In this document: positions 55,771 to 64,000 of the stretch, piece after piece | Numbering within the stretch: position 1 is the stretch's first letter | Layout of the letters: each line of letters opens with the position of its first letter | Assembly: GCA_050011355.1 (NCBI GenBank) | Contig: JBEKJG010000004.1 | Coordinates: 2,508-66,507, forward strand | DNA length: 64,000 nt | Origin: Thermoplasmata archaeon | GTDB lineage: Archaea; Thermoplasmatota; Thermoplasmata; Lutacidiplasmatales; UBA184 | Reading direction: 5' to 3' | Made by a program: the position numbers and the translations under genes | The notes under the pieces: model-generated | Told to the model about the DNA's origin: nothing | What the model saw: the letters and a program-made list of their open reading frames with translations, nothing else | The model's database searches: none

Positions 55771-56179
55771 ATGGGGAAGCTTTCCGACGACCGCGGACGT
55801 CGGCGTCTGGGCCCGCGGGCCGGATGCCGCGTCACTGCTGGAGGGGCTCGGGCTCGGCCTGTTCGCCCTGATGACCGACCTGAGGAACGTCCGGCCCCGG
55901 GAAGTGCGGGCGGTGAGCGCGTCGGGGGACGATCCCGAGAGCCTCGTCGTCGCCTACCTCACGCAGCTCCTCCAGGTCCACGAGCCCGACGGCTTCCTCG
56001 CGCGCCGGATCGAGGTCCGGCCCCTCGGGTCCCCGCCGACCGCGCTCGTGGCGAGCCTCCAGGGCGAGACGTTCGACCCCGAGCGGCACACGGTCCGGAC
56101 CGAGGTGAAGGCGGTGACCCTTCACCACCTCGTCTTCGATGCGCGGGCCGGGCGCGCCCGGGTGATCGTCGACATCTAG
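55771..56179 (+). CDS. archease; N-terminus apparently frameshifted (conserved body is +1 relative to the only upstream ATG at 55771)
   Basis: Frame containing …FPTTADVGVWARG…LGLFALMTD…VKAVTLHHLVF…RVIVDI matches archease but has no start codon back to the stop at 55706. ATG 55771 is 38 nt upstream in the adjacent frame. Removing one base within 55780-55786 (AAGCTTTCC) gives a 136-aa archease (MGKLSTTADVGV…). Confidence 0.6.
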
Positions 56180-56195
56180 CCGGGGGCGGCCCGCG

Positions 56196-57335
56196 CTACG
56201 GCATGTGGTCGACGACCGCCCGGACGGCGGCGCCGGGGGTCTTGAGGTGGCCGGTGCGCGCGAGGATGCGCTCGAGGGCGGCGAACGTCACGAGGAGGTC
56301 CGGCCAGTCGGCGATCCCCATGTGGCCGATCCGGAAGATCTTGCCGGTGAGCGCCCCCTGGCCTCCCTGGACCAGGATGTTGTACTCCTTCTCGAGGACC
56401 TTGCGGACCTCCGGGTCGCCGAGCCCCGCGGGGTTCCGGATCGCCGTGACCGTGTCCGACGCGTGCGCGCGCTCGGGGAACAGCTCGAGGCCGAGCCCGT
56501 CCACGCCGGCGCGCGTCGCCTCCGCCAGCCGGCGGGTGTGCGTGAGCCGTCGGTCGAGCCCTTCCTCCTTCAGCAGGAGGAGCGCCTCGCGCAGGGCGAG
56601 GAAGAGCGGGACGGCGGGGGTCCAGGGGGTGTCGTTCTTCTCGAGCGGGGCCAGGTGGGCCTTCAGGTCGAGGTAGAAGCCGCCGGGGTGGAGCGCCTCG
56701 ACCGCGCGGTCGGACATGTGCACGAGGGCGAGGCCCGCCGGGGCGGCGAGGCCCTTCTGGGAGCCGCCGACGATCGCGTCGATCCCCCACTCCTTGACCT
56801 GGATGGGGATCCCGGCGACCGCGCTGATCCCGTCGACCAGCAGGAGCGGAGAGCCGGCGCGGCGCACCTCGGCCGCGATCGCCCCGAGGTCGTTCGTGAG
56901 CCCGACGCTCGTCTCGTTGTGGACGACGCAGACGGCGCGGACATCCCCCTTCTCGAGCTCGGCCCGCACGGCGGCCGGCGCGATCGGCTGGCCCCAGGGC
57001 GCGGTCACGGTCGTGACGTTCGTGGCGTACTGGCGGACGATCTTGTCGCTCCGCTCGCCGAAGTTCCCGTTCGAAAGGACGAGGATGCGGCCCTCCCGGG
57101 GGAGGAGCGAGGAGTACATCGCCTCCAGTCCCGCGGTGCCGCTCCCGCTGAGGATGACCTGGTGGCCGGTGGTGCCGAACATCACCGGGAGGAGGTCGCG
57201 GATCTCCCGGACGACCCCGTGGAAGTAGTCGCCGCGGTGGTTGAGGGAGGAGGTCGACATCGCCCGCAGGACCCTCGGGTGGATCCGGACGGGGCCGGCG
57301 ATGAGGAACGTCGCGGTCTCGGGGTCGAACGTCAT
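56196..57335 (-). CDS. class V aminotransferase (phosphoserine / serine-glyoxylate aminotransferase-like)
   Basis: PLP fold with GGSQKGL (Schiff-base Lys). ATG overlaps the upstream stop (ATGA). Confidence 0.75.
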   Translation of the reverse strand: MTFDPETATFLIAGPVRIHPRVLRAMSTSSLNHRGDYFHGVVREIRDLLPVMFGTTGHQVILSGSGTAGLEAMYSSLLPREGRILVLSNGNFGERSDKIVRQYATNVTTVTAPWGQPIAPAAVRAELEKGDVRAVCVVHNETSVGLTNDLGAIAAEVRRAGSPLLLVDGISAVAGIPIQVKEWGIDAIVGGSQKGLAAPAGLALVHMSDRAVEALHPGGFYLDLKAHLAPLEKNDTPWTPAVPLFLALREALLLLKEEGLDRRLTHTRRLAEATRAGVDGLGLELFPERAHASDTVTAIRNPAGLGDPEVRKVLEKEYNILVQGGQGALTGKIFRIGHMGIADWPDLLVTFAALERILARTGHLKTPGAAVRAVVDHMP

Positions 57336-58282
57336 CGGGAACCTCCGGGGGGGGCGACCTCCGCCCGGAGCGGCTCGCCGCGCAGCGCGCGCAGGACCTC
57401 GTCGACCACGTCGGCCCCGGCGCGCGCCTGGGCCTCGGCGGTCGACGCGCCCAGGTGGGGGGTGGCGATCACGTGCGGGTGCTCGAGCAGAGCGTGGTTC
57501 ATCGGTGGTTCCTCCTCAAAGACGTCGAGCGCGGCACCGGCGACCCGGCCGGAGCCGAGCGCCTCGAGCAGGGCGGCCTCGTCCACGAGGGCGCCGCGGG
57601 CGACATTGACCAGGAAGGCGCCGGGCTTCATGCGCGCGAACGCCCGGGCATCGAGGAGGTGGTGGTTCTCCGGGGTGAGGGCGGCGTGCACGCTCACGAT
57701 GTCCGCGCGGGAGAGCAGGTCGTCCAGCGGGACGATGGCGGTCGTATCGATCGCGGTGGGGACGAACGGGTCGAACGCGATCGCGTTCGCTCCGAACGGG
57801 ACCAGCCGTCGCGCGATCTCGCGCGCGATCCGGCCGTACCCGACGAACCCGACGGTCCGTCCGGCGAGCTCGCGGCCCGACGTGCCCCGTTCCCAGCGAC
57901 CGCCCTTCGTCGACGCGATCTTGGGCAGCAGCCCGCGGACGAGCAGCAGGTAGTACGTCATCGACAGCTCGGCGACGCTCGCGGTGGCCGCCGCCGGGGC
58001 GTTCACGACCCGGATCCGCCGCGCTCCCGCCGCCGCCATGTCGACGCTGTCCACTCCGACCCCCGCCCGCGCGATGAGGGTCAGCTGCGGTGCCGCGGCG
58101 ATCAGCTTCGGGTCGACCTTGGTCCGGCTGCGGACGATGAGGGCCCAGGCGGTCGGAAGGACCGCGGCGAGCTTCGTCGGGTCCGCGCTGACATCGTCGA
58201 CCTCGCAGGGGCCGTCGCGCAGCCGCGCGACCGCCCCCGCATCGATCGGGTCGGCGACCACGACCCTCCGCATCTCCCCCAT
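57332..58282 (-). CDS. D-isomer-specific 2-hydroxyacid dehydrogenase, D-3-phosphoglycerate dehydrogenase-like
   Basis: GFVGYGRIAREIARRL NAD site; catalytic …H… region. Paired with the aminotransferase. Confidence 0.75.
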   Translation of the reverse strand: MGEMRRVVVADPIDAGAVARLRDGPCEVDDVSADPTKLAAVLPTAWALIVRSRTKVDPKLIAAAPQLTLIARAGVGVDSVDMAAAGARRIRVVNAPAAATASVAELSMTYYLLLVRGLLPKIASTKGGRWERGTSGRELAGRTVGFVGYGRIAREIARRLVPFGANAIAFDPFVPTAIDTTAIVPLDDLLSRADIVSVHAALTPENHHLLDARAFARMKPGAFLVNVARGALVDEAALLEALGSGRVAGAALDVFEEEPPMNHALLEHPHVIATPHLGASTAEAQARAGADVVDEVLRALRGEPLRAEVAPPGGSR

Positions 58283-58330
58283 CGTGGGGTGGACCGCGGG
58301 ACGCTTGAAAACGGTTGCCCGCCGCGCCGG

Positions 58331-59281
58331 TCAGCGGGTCTTGGGGACGGGAACCTTTTCGAGGGCGTTCCGGACGATCTCCTCGCCGCGGATCCCTCGG
58401 ATCCACGGTTCGGGCTTCACGACGATGCGGTGCGCGAGCGCGGGGAGGGCGAGCGCCTTCACGTCGTCGGGAAGGACGAAATCCCGCCCCCGGAGCAGCG
58501 CCCGGGCGCGGACGAGCTTCTGGAGGGCGAGCGAGCCCCGTGGGGAGGCCCCGACCTCGGCGCGGGCGTCGGCCCGGGTCGCCCGGACGACGTCGATGAG
58601 GTACTGGGCGACGCTCGCCTCCAGCTCGATCTCCTCGACCGAGGCCTGGAGCTCGAGGAACGACGCGGGCGTGGTCACGGCCGGGACCTCGACCAGCTCC
58701 GTCTTGCGGAGGCGCCGCCGTTCCAGGATCGTCCGTTCCTCCTCGACGGTCGGATAGCCGATCCGCAGGCGGAGCAGGAACCGGTCGACCTGGGCCTCGG
58801 GCAGGGCGTACGTCCCCTCGAGCTCGATCGGGTTCTCGGTGGCGAGGACGAGGAACGGGCGCGGCAGCGGGTAGGTCGTCCGTTCGCTCGTGACCTGGTA
58901 CTCCTGCATCGCCTCGAGCAGCGCCGACTGGACCTTCGGGGGCGCGCGGTTGATCTCGTCCGCGAGGAGGACGTTGGAGAATATCGGCCCGGGGCGGAAG
59001 ACGAACGTCCCGTTCTTCGCGTCCAGGACCTCCGCCCCCGTGATGTCGTGCGGGAGCAGGTCGGCGGTGAACTGGACCCGCTGGAACTGCAGGCCGAGCG
59101 CCGCGGCGAACGACTTCGCCATGAGGGTCTTCCCGAGACCGGGGAGGTCCTCGAGGAGGAGGTGGCCGTCCGAGAGCAGCCCGATCAGGATCTGGTCGAC
59201 CGCCTCGTCGCGCCCGACCACCGCCGTCCGGACCGCCGCCCGGATCCGTTCGGCGAGCGCGGCGGCGTCGGCGGCCTTCAT
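58331..59281 (-). CDS. MoxR-family AAA+ ATPase
   Basis: GHLLLEDLPGLGKT (Walker A), LLADEINRAPPKVQSALLEAM (sensor). Confidence 0.85.
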   Translation of the reverse strand: MKAADAAALAERIRAAVRTAVVGRDEAVDQILIGLLSDGHLLLEDLPGLGKTLMAKSFAAALGLQFQRVQFTADLLPHDITGAEVLDAKNGTFVFRPGPIFSNVLLADEINRAPPKVQSALLEAMQEYQVTSERTTYPLPRPFLVLATENPIELEGTYALPEAQVDRFLLRLRIGYPTVEEERTILERRRLRKTELVEVPAVTTPASFLELQASVEEIELEASVAQYLIDVVRATRADARAEVGASPRGSLALQKLVRARALLRGRDFVLPDDVKALALPALAHRIVVKPEPWIRGIRGEEIVRNALEKVPVPKTR

Positions 59282-59538
59282 CGATGGTCCCCCGAGCGGA
59301 GGGCGGACTCCCTATAAGGCCGGTCGGTGGCCGCGCCGCTGTTCCCCGGCCGTAACGATCCGCCTCATGGCTGGGCGCACGCCGTCTCCGCGGTCTGACC
59401 CCGGCCGGGGGTGTCGGACACCGGGGTTGTCCTCACGTCATCCTCTGCGGACGACCCGTCCGCGTTGAGTCAAGAGGGACCCTTCGACGGTACCCGGGCA
59501 CGGTGTTACCCGCACCGTCCGGGTCACCCCGGCCCCCG

Positions 59539-60066
59539 CTATGAGGTTGCCGAGGGGTCGCGGTCGAACACCCGGGGGGCTCCGAGCAGGAGTCCGACCC
59601 CCACGACGCACGCGACGAGGAGGGCCGCGGCGATCCCGAGGGAGCCCACCCCCGACGGAAGGAGCAACGAGCTGACCCACGCGAGCGCCAAGACGGTCGC
59701 CGGGACCACGACCCCCGCCAGCCCGCGGCCGAGCGCCCCGGGGTCGCGGTCGGGGTCCTCGGAGCACCACAGGAGGAGGGCGAGCCCCGCGAGCCCGGCG
59801 GCAAGCTCGGGGATCGTCCCCAACGGACAGTAGCTGGCGAGGATCCCGAGCGCGACGATCGGCGGGAGCAGGCCGAAGAACCGGTAGTGTCGGGGCACCA
59901 CCCCGCGCAGGAGGCTGGCCAGCGTGGCCGAGCCGACCGCGAGGGGAACTCCGACGATCGGCGGAACGGCCGAGAACACCGAGAGGCCGATCGACGCCGC
60001 GACCAGCAGACCGTAGGCGGGACCGAAGGCGCGTCGCAGCAGGGCGGCCGTGGGCCGAACCTTCAT
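59539..60066 (-). CDS. hypothetical integral membrane protein (start re-set to ATG MKVRPT…)
   Basis: 5-6 TM segments. The ORF-track N-terminal extension is low complexity. Confidence 0.45.
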   Translation of the reverse strand: MKVRPTAALLRRAFGPAYGLLVAASIGLSVFSAVPPIVGVPLAVGSATLASLLRGVVPRHYRFFGLLPPIVALGILASYCPLGTIPELAAGLAGLALLLWCSEDPDRDPGALGRGLAGVVVPATVLALAWVSSLLLPSGVGSLGIAAALLVACVVGVGLLLGAPRVFDRDPSATS

Positions 60067-61358
60067 CCTCCGCGCTCCCGGGCCGCGGGCCTCCGCAAGA
60101 AGTCCACGAAGCCTCCCAGGGACCAGTAGTCCTCCCAGTCGACCACCGGGGCGTCCCGCCACATCCGGGCGACCTCCTCGCGGCGGGTGAGCCGGGCGAA
60201 GCGGGCCGCGAGGGCCTCGTCCTCCTCCACGAGGTTCGTCCGTCGGGCCATCATCGGAAGGTAGGAGGGGCTCAGCACTACGGTCGGGAATCCCCGCCGA
60301 CGGACATGCGAGACGAGGTCGAGCTGTTCCTCGCTCGCGAGCGGGGAGAGGATCACCGTCGTCGTGTTCGGAGGGTAGTACCGGCGCAGGGCGACCGCGC
60401 ACCGCTCCGCCGGGCCGGGGAGGTCGGCCACGGTCGTCTCCAGGAGCAGGGTGCGCAGGCGTACCCGCTGGGTGCGCCCGGTCGCGAGCGGGACCGCGCG
60501 CAGGAACTCCCCGTAACTGGCGATGCCCACCCGGCTCTTCTCGCGCAGGAACGCCTCGGCGAGACCGAACGCGGCTCCCCGAGAGACCGCGAGCAGTCGG
60601 CCATCCACCGCGGGACCCAGCGACGTGGGCCGAGTGTCCAGGAGGATCAGGAGGTCACCGGTCCGGTCGAGGGCGTACTCGTTCACGAGCCGCCGTCCCG
60701 CGCGGGCGGTGGCCCGCCAATTGATCCGTCGGGGCGGGTCGCCCGGGGAGGCCTCCCGGATCCCGTAGAACTCCCCCGACTCCCCGACCGAGCGCGACAT
60801 GGTCTCGCCCGGCAGGGCGAGCGTCCGGCGCAGCCGCACCGCTCCGGCCCGGTGCAGTTCGGGCGGGTAGCGCTCTACGAACAGGTCGGACGCGTCCACC
60901 AGCGCCCGCCGCTCGACCAGGCCGAGCGGGTCGCGCCAGATCACGTCGGGAGGAGGGACCGTCATCACCGTCGGGTCCGGGACGCTCCACGCGAGGGTCA
61001 GCCGAAGGTACCCGTCCCGGACCACCTTCTCCGGCGGGCGGTCCTCCGTCACCCCCGGCGGGACGGCGACCGCCACCTCCAGCGCCTCCGGCCGTACGGG
61101 GGGTTCCGGGGTGAACAGCTCGGTCACGCGCACCGAACGTCCGCTCCCGTCGGTGCGGCCCTCGACGCGCACGGGCGGCGATGTGCGCGGGCCGAAGAGC
61201 CCGGCGCTGAGGGGCGCGAGGAGCAACGGGAACCCCAGGAGGACGGGCACCGGGCTCCGGAGCACGATCCCCACGCCGAACAGGACGACCGCAGCGCCCA
61301 GGAGGACGTACGCGGCCGGCCGCCAGCGGAGTCCCGAGGTCGGGGGCCGAGCGCTCAC
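60063..61358 (-). CDS. DUF58 (vWA-like) domain protein, N-terminal TM segments
   Basis: EFYGIREASPGDPPRRINWRATARAGRRLVNEY…DLLILLD is the DUF58 core. GTG 61358 chosen: it overlaps the upstream stop by GTGA, and the ORF-track extension is R/G-rich. Confidence 0.65.
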   Translation of the reverse strand: MSARPPTSGLRWRPAAYVLLGAAVVLFGVGIVLRSPVPVLLGFPLLLAPLSAGLFGPRTSPPVRVEGRTDGSGRSVRVTELFTPEPPVRPEALEVAVAVPPGVTEDRPPEKVVRDGYLRLTLAWSVPDPTVMTVPPPDVIWRDPLGLVERRALVDASDLFVERYPPELHRAGAVRLRRTLALPGETMSRSVGESGEFYGIREASPGDPPRRINWRATARAGRRLVNEYALDRTGDLLILLDTRPTSLGPAVDGRLLAVSRGAAFGLAEAFLREKSRVGIASYGEFLRAVPLATGRTQRVRLRTLLLETTVADLPGPAERCAVALRRYYPPNTTTVILSPLASEEQLDLVSHVRRRGFPTVVLSPSYLPMMARRTNLVEEDEALAARFARLTRREEVARMWRDAPVVDWEDYWSLGGFVDFLRRPAARERGG

Positions 61359-61765
61359 CGGCTCCCTCCTTCGAGCTCTTCGAGGCGGCCCCGCACGTAG
61401 GCACGGAAATCGGCCCGCGATAGGCCACGGAGCCGGGCGACCTCCATCGCCAGCGTGGTCGGGCGGTCCGGGCGGTGCGACCGGCGTTCGAGCTCGTCCA
61501 GCAGGGCGACCACTTCGGTCCGGCCCGATCGACCGGCCGCGAGTGAGGCCCGGAACGGGGACGCGGCGTCGAACTCCCGAGGGGGTGGCGGGGGTCGGAG
61601 GTCGACGGTCGTGCGTCGGGCCGGTCCGATGAGGAAAATGCCGATCGCCAGGAGGGCGACGATCGCTCCGGCGGTGGCGACCCCCTGGTTCGGACCGGCG
61701 TAGACGGCGATACCGACCGCGACCCCCGCGACCGCGAGGAGCGGCCACCCCCGGGGGAGGTTCAT
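61355..61765 (-). CDS. small membrane protein (2 TM) in the MoxR/DUF58 operon
   Basis: WPLLAVAGVAVGIAVYAG…AIVALLAIGIFLIG. Overlaps both neighbours by 4 nt. Confidence 0.45.
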   Translation of the reverse strand: MNLPRGWPLLAVAGVAVGIAVYAGPNQGVATAGAIVALLAIGIFLIGPARRTTVDLRPPPPPREFDAASPFRASLAAGRSGRTEVVALLDELERRSHRPDRPTTLAMEVARLRGLSRADFRAYVRGRLEELEGGSR

Positions 61766-62691
61766 CGGTCCGGCACCGACTTCGACAGGTCGTCCATCGC
61801 CGCGCGGATCGCCGCGGAGGCCCGTTCGACCTCTGCCCTCCCGAGGGGGTGGCTCGAGTACCGGGCCTCCTCGAACACCCGCGTAAGGTCCATGGCCGCG
61901 GTCTCCCGGATCCCGAGGCGGGTCAGGTGGAGCTCCCGGATTTCCTCGGCCGTGGCCCGGTCGAGGTCCATGACGAGGGGCTCGAGGCGAACGAGCAACG
62001 TGCCGTAGAGCGCGAGGATCGTCGCACGGGGGTCGAGCGCGCTTTCGAGGTCCCGTGCGGCCTCACCCAGCGCGGCGTGCACCCGGGCCGCCACTTGCGC
62101 CGAGCGCTCGCGGTAGAGTCGGCCCTCGCGCCGGCCCTGGACGAATTCGGAGAGTCGCGGCAGGGCCGCGACGACCAACCCGACGCAGATCACCGCCACC
62201 ACCACGAAGAGCGTCCAGGACGGGAGTGAGAGGTTGAGCGAGTTCAGGACCCCGCCCGGACCCGGGGCGACGGTGTGGTTTCCCAGCGTCCCGGTTCCGT
62301 TGCTGCCGGTCGAGTTGTTGCCTCCGGCCCCGGTGACGGTCTGGAACCCTCCGCCGCCGCTCCCGAAGATGCGCGCGATCTCGACCACGATCACGGCCGC
62401 GAGCAGGAAGCAGAGCGCGCCGACGACGAACGGACGGTTCAATGGTCCGGCGCTCGTCACGCGCATGCGGGCGTAGACGACCGGCAGGATGATCGCGAGC
62501 GCGAACCCGATGATGACGACCGAGTCGACCCAGGAGGGAAAGGCGATCTGGGCGGTAGGACCGACCGGCGGCGGGGGTCCGGCGGTCCGGGCGGAGGCGA
62601 GCAGACTGACGGCCGCCCCGACGGCGAGCGCGCACAGCACGAGGGTCAGGAGGAGGAGCGAGGGTCGAGGCCGGGATCCCCGCGGCGCCAT
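61762..62691 (-). CDS. membrane protein with C-terminal DUF4129-like domain
   Basis: N-terminal TM segments and Gly/Asn/Ser/Thr-rich loop, then helical C-terminal domain (…LHLTRLGIRETAAMDLTRVFEEARYS…) of the kind found with MoxR/DUF58. Confidence 0.45.
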   Translation of the reverse strand: MAPRGSRPRPSLLLLTLVLCALAVGAAVSLLASARTAGPPPPVGPTAQIAFPSWVDSVVIIGFALAIILPVVYARMRVTSAGPLNRPFVVGALCFLLAAVIVVEIARIFGSGGGGFQTVTGAGGNNSTGSNGTGTLGNHTVAPGPGGVLNSLNLSLPSWTLFVVVAVICVGLVVAALPRLSEFVQGRREGRLYRERSAQVAARVHAALGEAARDLESALDPRATILALYGTLLVRLEPLVMDLDRATAEEIRELHLTRLGIRETAAMDLTRVFEEARYSSHPLGRAEVERASAAIRAAMDDLSKSVPDR

Positions 62692-62718
62692 ACCCCACGA
62701 CCGAGCGCGGGGGCGGGA

Positions 62719-63633
62719 TTAACCCCTTCCGGGGGAGGGACCGCCCGCCACCGGCTCGGACGCGGCCGCCGGTGTGGGGCTCAGGAGGTAGAAGCTCCGA
62801 CGCTCGTGCTCCACGCTCACGATCGCAAAGTCGTCGACCGAGTAGCCCAGGTCGGCGGCGGCCCGGAAGGCGTCGCGCGTGGCGTGACGCCATCGGCCGA
62901 GCGCAGCCGGCTCGTGCTCCCGGACCAGGGCGAAGTCGAACGGGATCTCGAGATGGGCGACCGGGCCACTCGGCTCCTGCACCTCGACCGGGAGTCGCAC
63001 CCCGCTCTCGCCGGGCTCGGTCCGGATGAGCGGGGTGGCCGAGCGCCATCGTGCCTCGTCTTCGGCGGGGGTTGGGTAGGTCCCCTCGAGCCGGCGCTCG
63101 ACTCGGGGACTCGCGAGCGACCAGATGAGACGGATCCGATCGGACTCGATCCCCCGGTTCACCGCATCCGGGAGCTGGCCGTAGTAATGGTGGAGGTACC
63201 GGTCCGGAAGCCCCCCCAGCCGGTGGACGAACAGCCAGGCGTTCCGGCTCTGGAGCGGGTCGAAGGCGAGGCGGACCTCGGAGAGGCCCAGCTGGAGGAC
63301 CTCCTGCCGGAGGGACGAGTGCATCTGGAAGCCGAGGTGGTGGTTCTGGTACTCCGGGCGGACGGCGGTCGAGTGGATGTACTGGTAGAGCGCCGCCCCG
63401 TCCCACCCAAGGAACGCGACCGCGTACCCGGCCAGGTGGATGTCGGCAAAGCCACCCAGCACCAGGCCACCGTTGTCCTGGACCGCTCGCTGGAGGGGGG
63501 TCGGGACCGCGTCGGTCGCGTCCTCGCCCCAGACCGCGCGATGGACCGCGTCCACCTGACGGAACTCCTCCGGTTTCTCGAGCCGGCGGATGCGGAACCC
63601 CGTGGCGGCGGAACGGGAGGCGGGCGCGGACAC
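62719..63633 (-). CDS. GNAT-like acetyltransferase-fold protein
   Basis: Weak GNAT core-like stretch (…QNHHLGFQMH…LGLSEVRLAFDPLQ…). Low certainty. Confidence 0.4.
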   Translation of the reverse strand: MSAPASRSAATGFRIRRLEKPEEFRQVDAVHRAVWGEDATDAVPTPLQRAVQDNGGLVLGGFADIHLAGYAVAFLGWDGAALYQYIHSTAVRPEYQNHHLGFQMHSSLRQEVLQLGLSEVRLAFDPLQSRNAWLFVHRLGGLPDRYLHHYYGQLPDAVNRGIESDRIRLIWSLASPRVERRLEGTYPTPAEDEARWRSATPLIRTEPGESGVRLPVEVQEPSGPVAHLEIPFDFALVREHEPAALGRWRHATRDAFRAAADLGYSVDDFAIVSVEHERRSFYLLSPTPAAASEPVAGGPSPGRG

Positions 63634-63685
63634 GGCCCGAGAACCGGGGGACCGTACTTAACGCGGCCGACGCGGGGTTGGTGAT

Positions 63686-64000
63686 TCAGCGGCGGACGCG
63701 CAACTCGGCGCGCTTGTTCTCGTACCGAACCTCGTCGTTGGGCGTGAGGTCCCAGAGGATCTCCTCGAGCTCGGGGATGTTCCGGAGGAACTCGGCCTTG
63801 CTCTTGGTGACCATGAGGTGCTCGAACTTTCGGCGGGCGTAGTAGTACGCACCGACGAGGTACGCCCCCAGGATCGCCACGATCGGCCCGACGATCACGA
63901 ACACGAGGTTGTAGTTCGCGTACGAGGGGTTGGTGACGCTGTTGATGGACGAGAAGAACGACAGGTTCGAGAGGGGGGTGAAGAATCCGAGGGCCAGGAT
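63686..64000 (-). CDS. membrane protein, 5' end outside window
   Basis: Frame is open to the window edge; hydrophobic …LVFVIVGPIVAILGAYLVGAYYYA then a charged tail. Confidence 0.35.
   Translation of the reverse strand: MLALGFFTPLSNLSFFSSINSVTNPSYANYNLVFVIVGPIVAILGAYLVGAYYYARRKFEHLMVTKSKAEFLRNIPELEEILWDLTPNDEVRYENKRAELRVRR

Noticed and set aside
1-64000. CRISPR arrays, IS elements, integrases, prophage genes
   Set aside because: No regularly spaced repeats were seen beyond the two 12-mers at 18199/18321. No transposase/integrase-like proteins appeared among the translated ORFs.

Overview
Gene-dense, high-GC (roughly 70% by eye) chromosomal segment that looks archaeal. Archaeal hallmarks present: aIF2-beta, deoxyhypusine synthase, LysW carrier protein, ribosomal protein L40e, archease, digeranylgeranylglycerophospholipid reductase (GGR), a presenilin/signal-peptide-peptidase (SPP)-type protease, and TATA-like AT islands 25-35 nt upstream of many starts. 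Lineage cannot be fixed from sequence alone. Genes are tightly packed with many 4-nt ATGA/GTGA stop/start overlaps. The provided ORF track uses GTG/TTG as well as ATG and always takes the longest ORF, so several starts were re-derived by eye. Content: three aminoacyl-tRNA synthetases (lysS partial, valS, ileS); a tRNA-Lys(CUU); an eight-gene LysW-type arginine/lysine biosynthesis operon (argG-argH-lysW-lysX-argC-argB-argD-argE) with a divergent HTH-ACT regulator; a serA/serC pair; trxB; a ferredoxin+GGR pair; a nickel/cobalt transporter (NiCoT, HoxN/NixA family) with NikR; a Csa3-like regulator with a CRISPR-associated Rossmann-fold (CARF) domain and winged HTH; two ABC exporters; an MFS DHA2-family (14-TM drug:H+ antiporter) exporter; two ~1000-aa type-I membrane surface glycoproteins (Kelch + Ig-like repeats; YVTN beta-propeller + 7 repeats); a membrane-anchored wHTH protein; and a gene set of a MoxR-family AAA+ ATPase with DUF58/DUF4129 partner proteins (domains of unknown function). 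No rRNA, CRISPR array, transposase or integrase was seen. Observations worth a second look: two probable single-base frameshifts (archease N-terminus; DUF1028 C-terminus at a G6 run); an unannotated 50-aa L40e gene; an aIF2-beta/TRAM fusion; an atypically arranged family-III CoA-transferase; and four unusually long non-coding gaps, two of which carry repeats or strong RNA secondary structure. Most junk ORFs in the six-frame track are low-complexity R/P/G-rich shadows of real genes caused by the high GC content.
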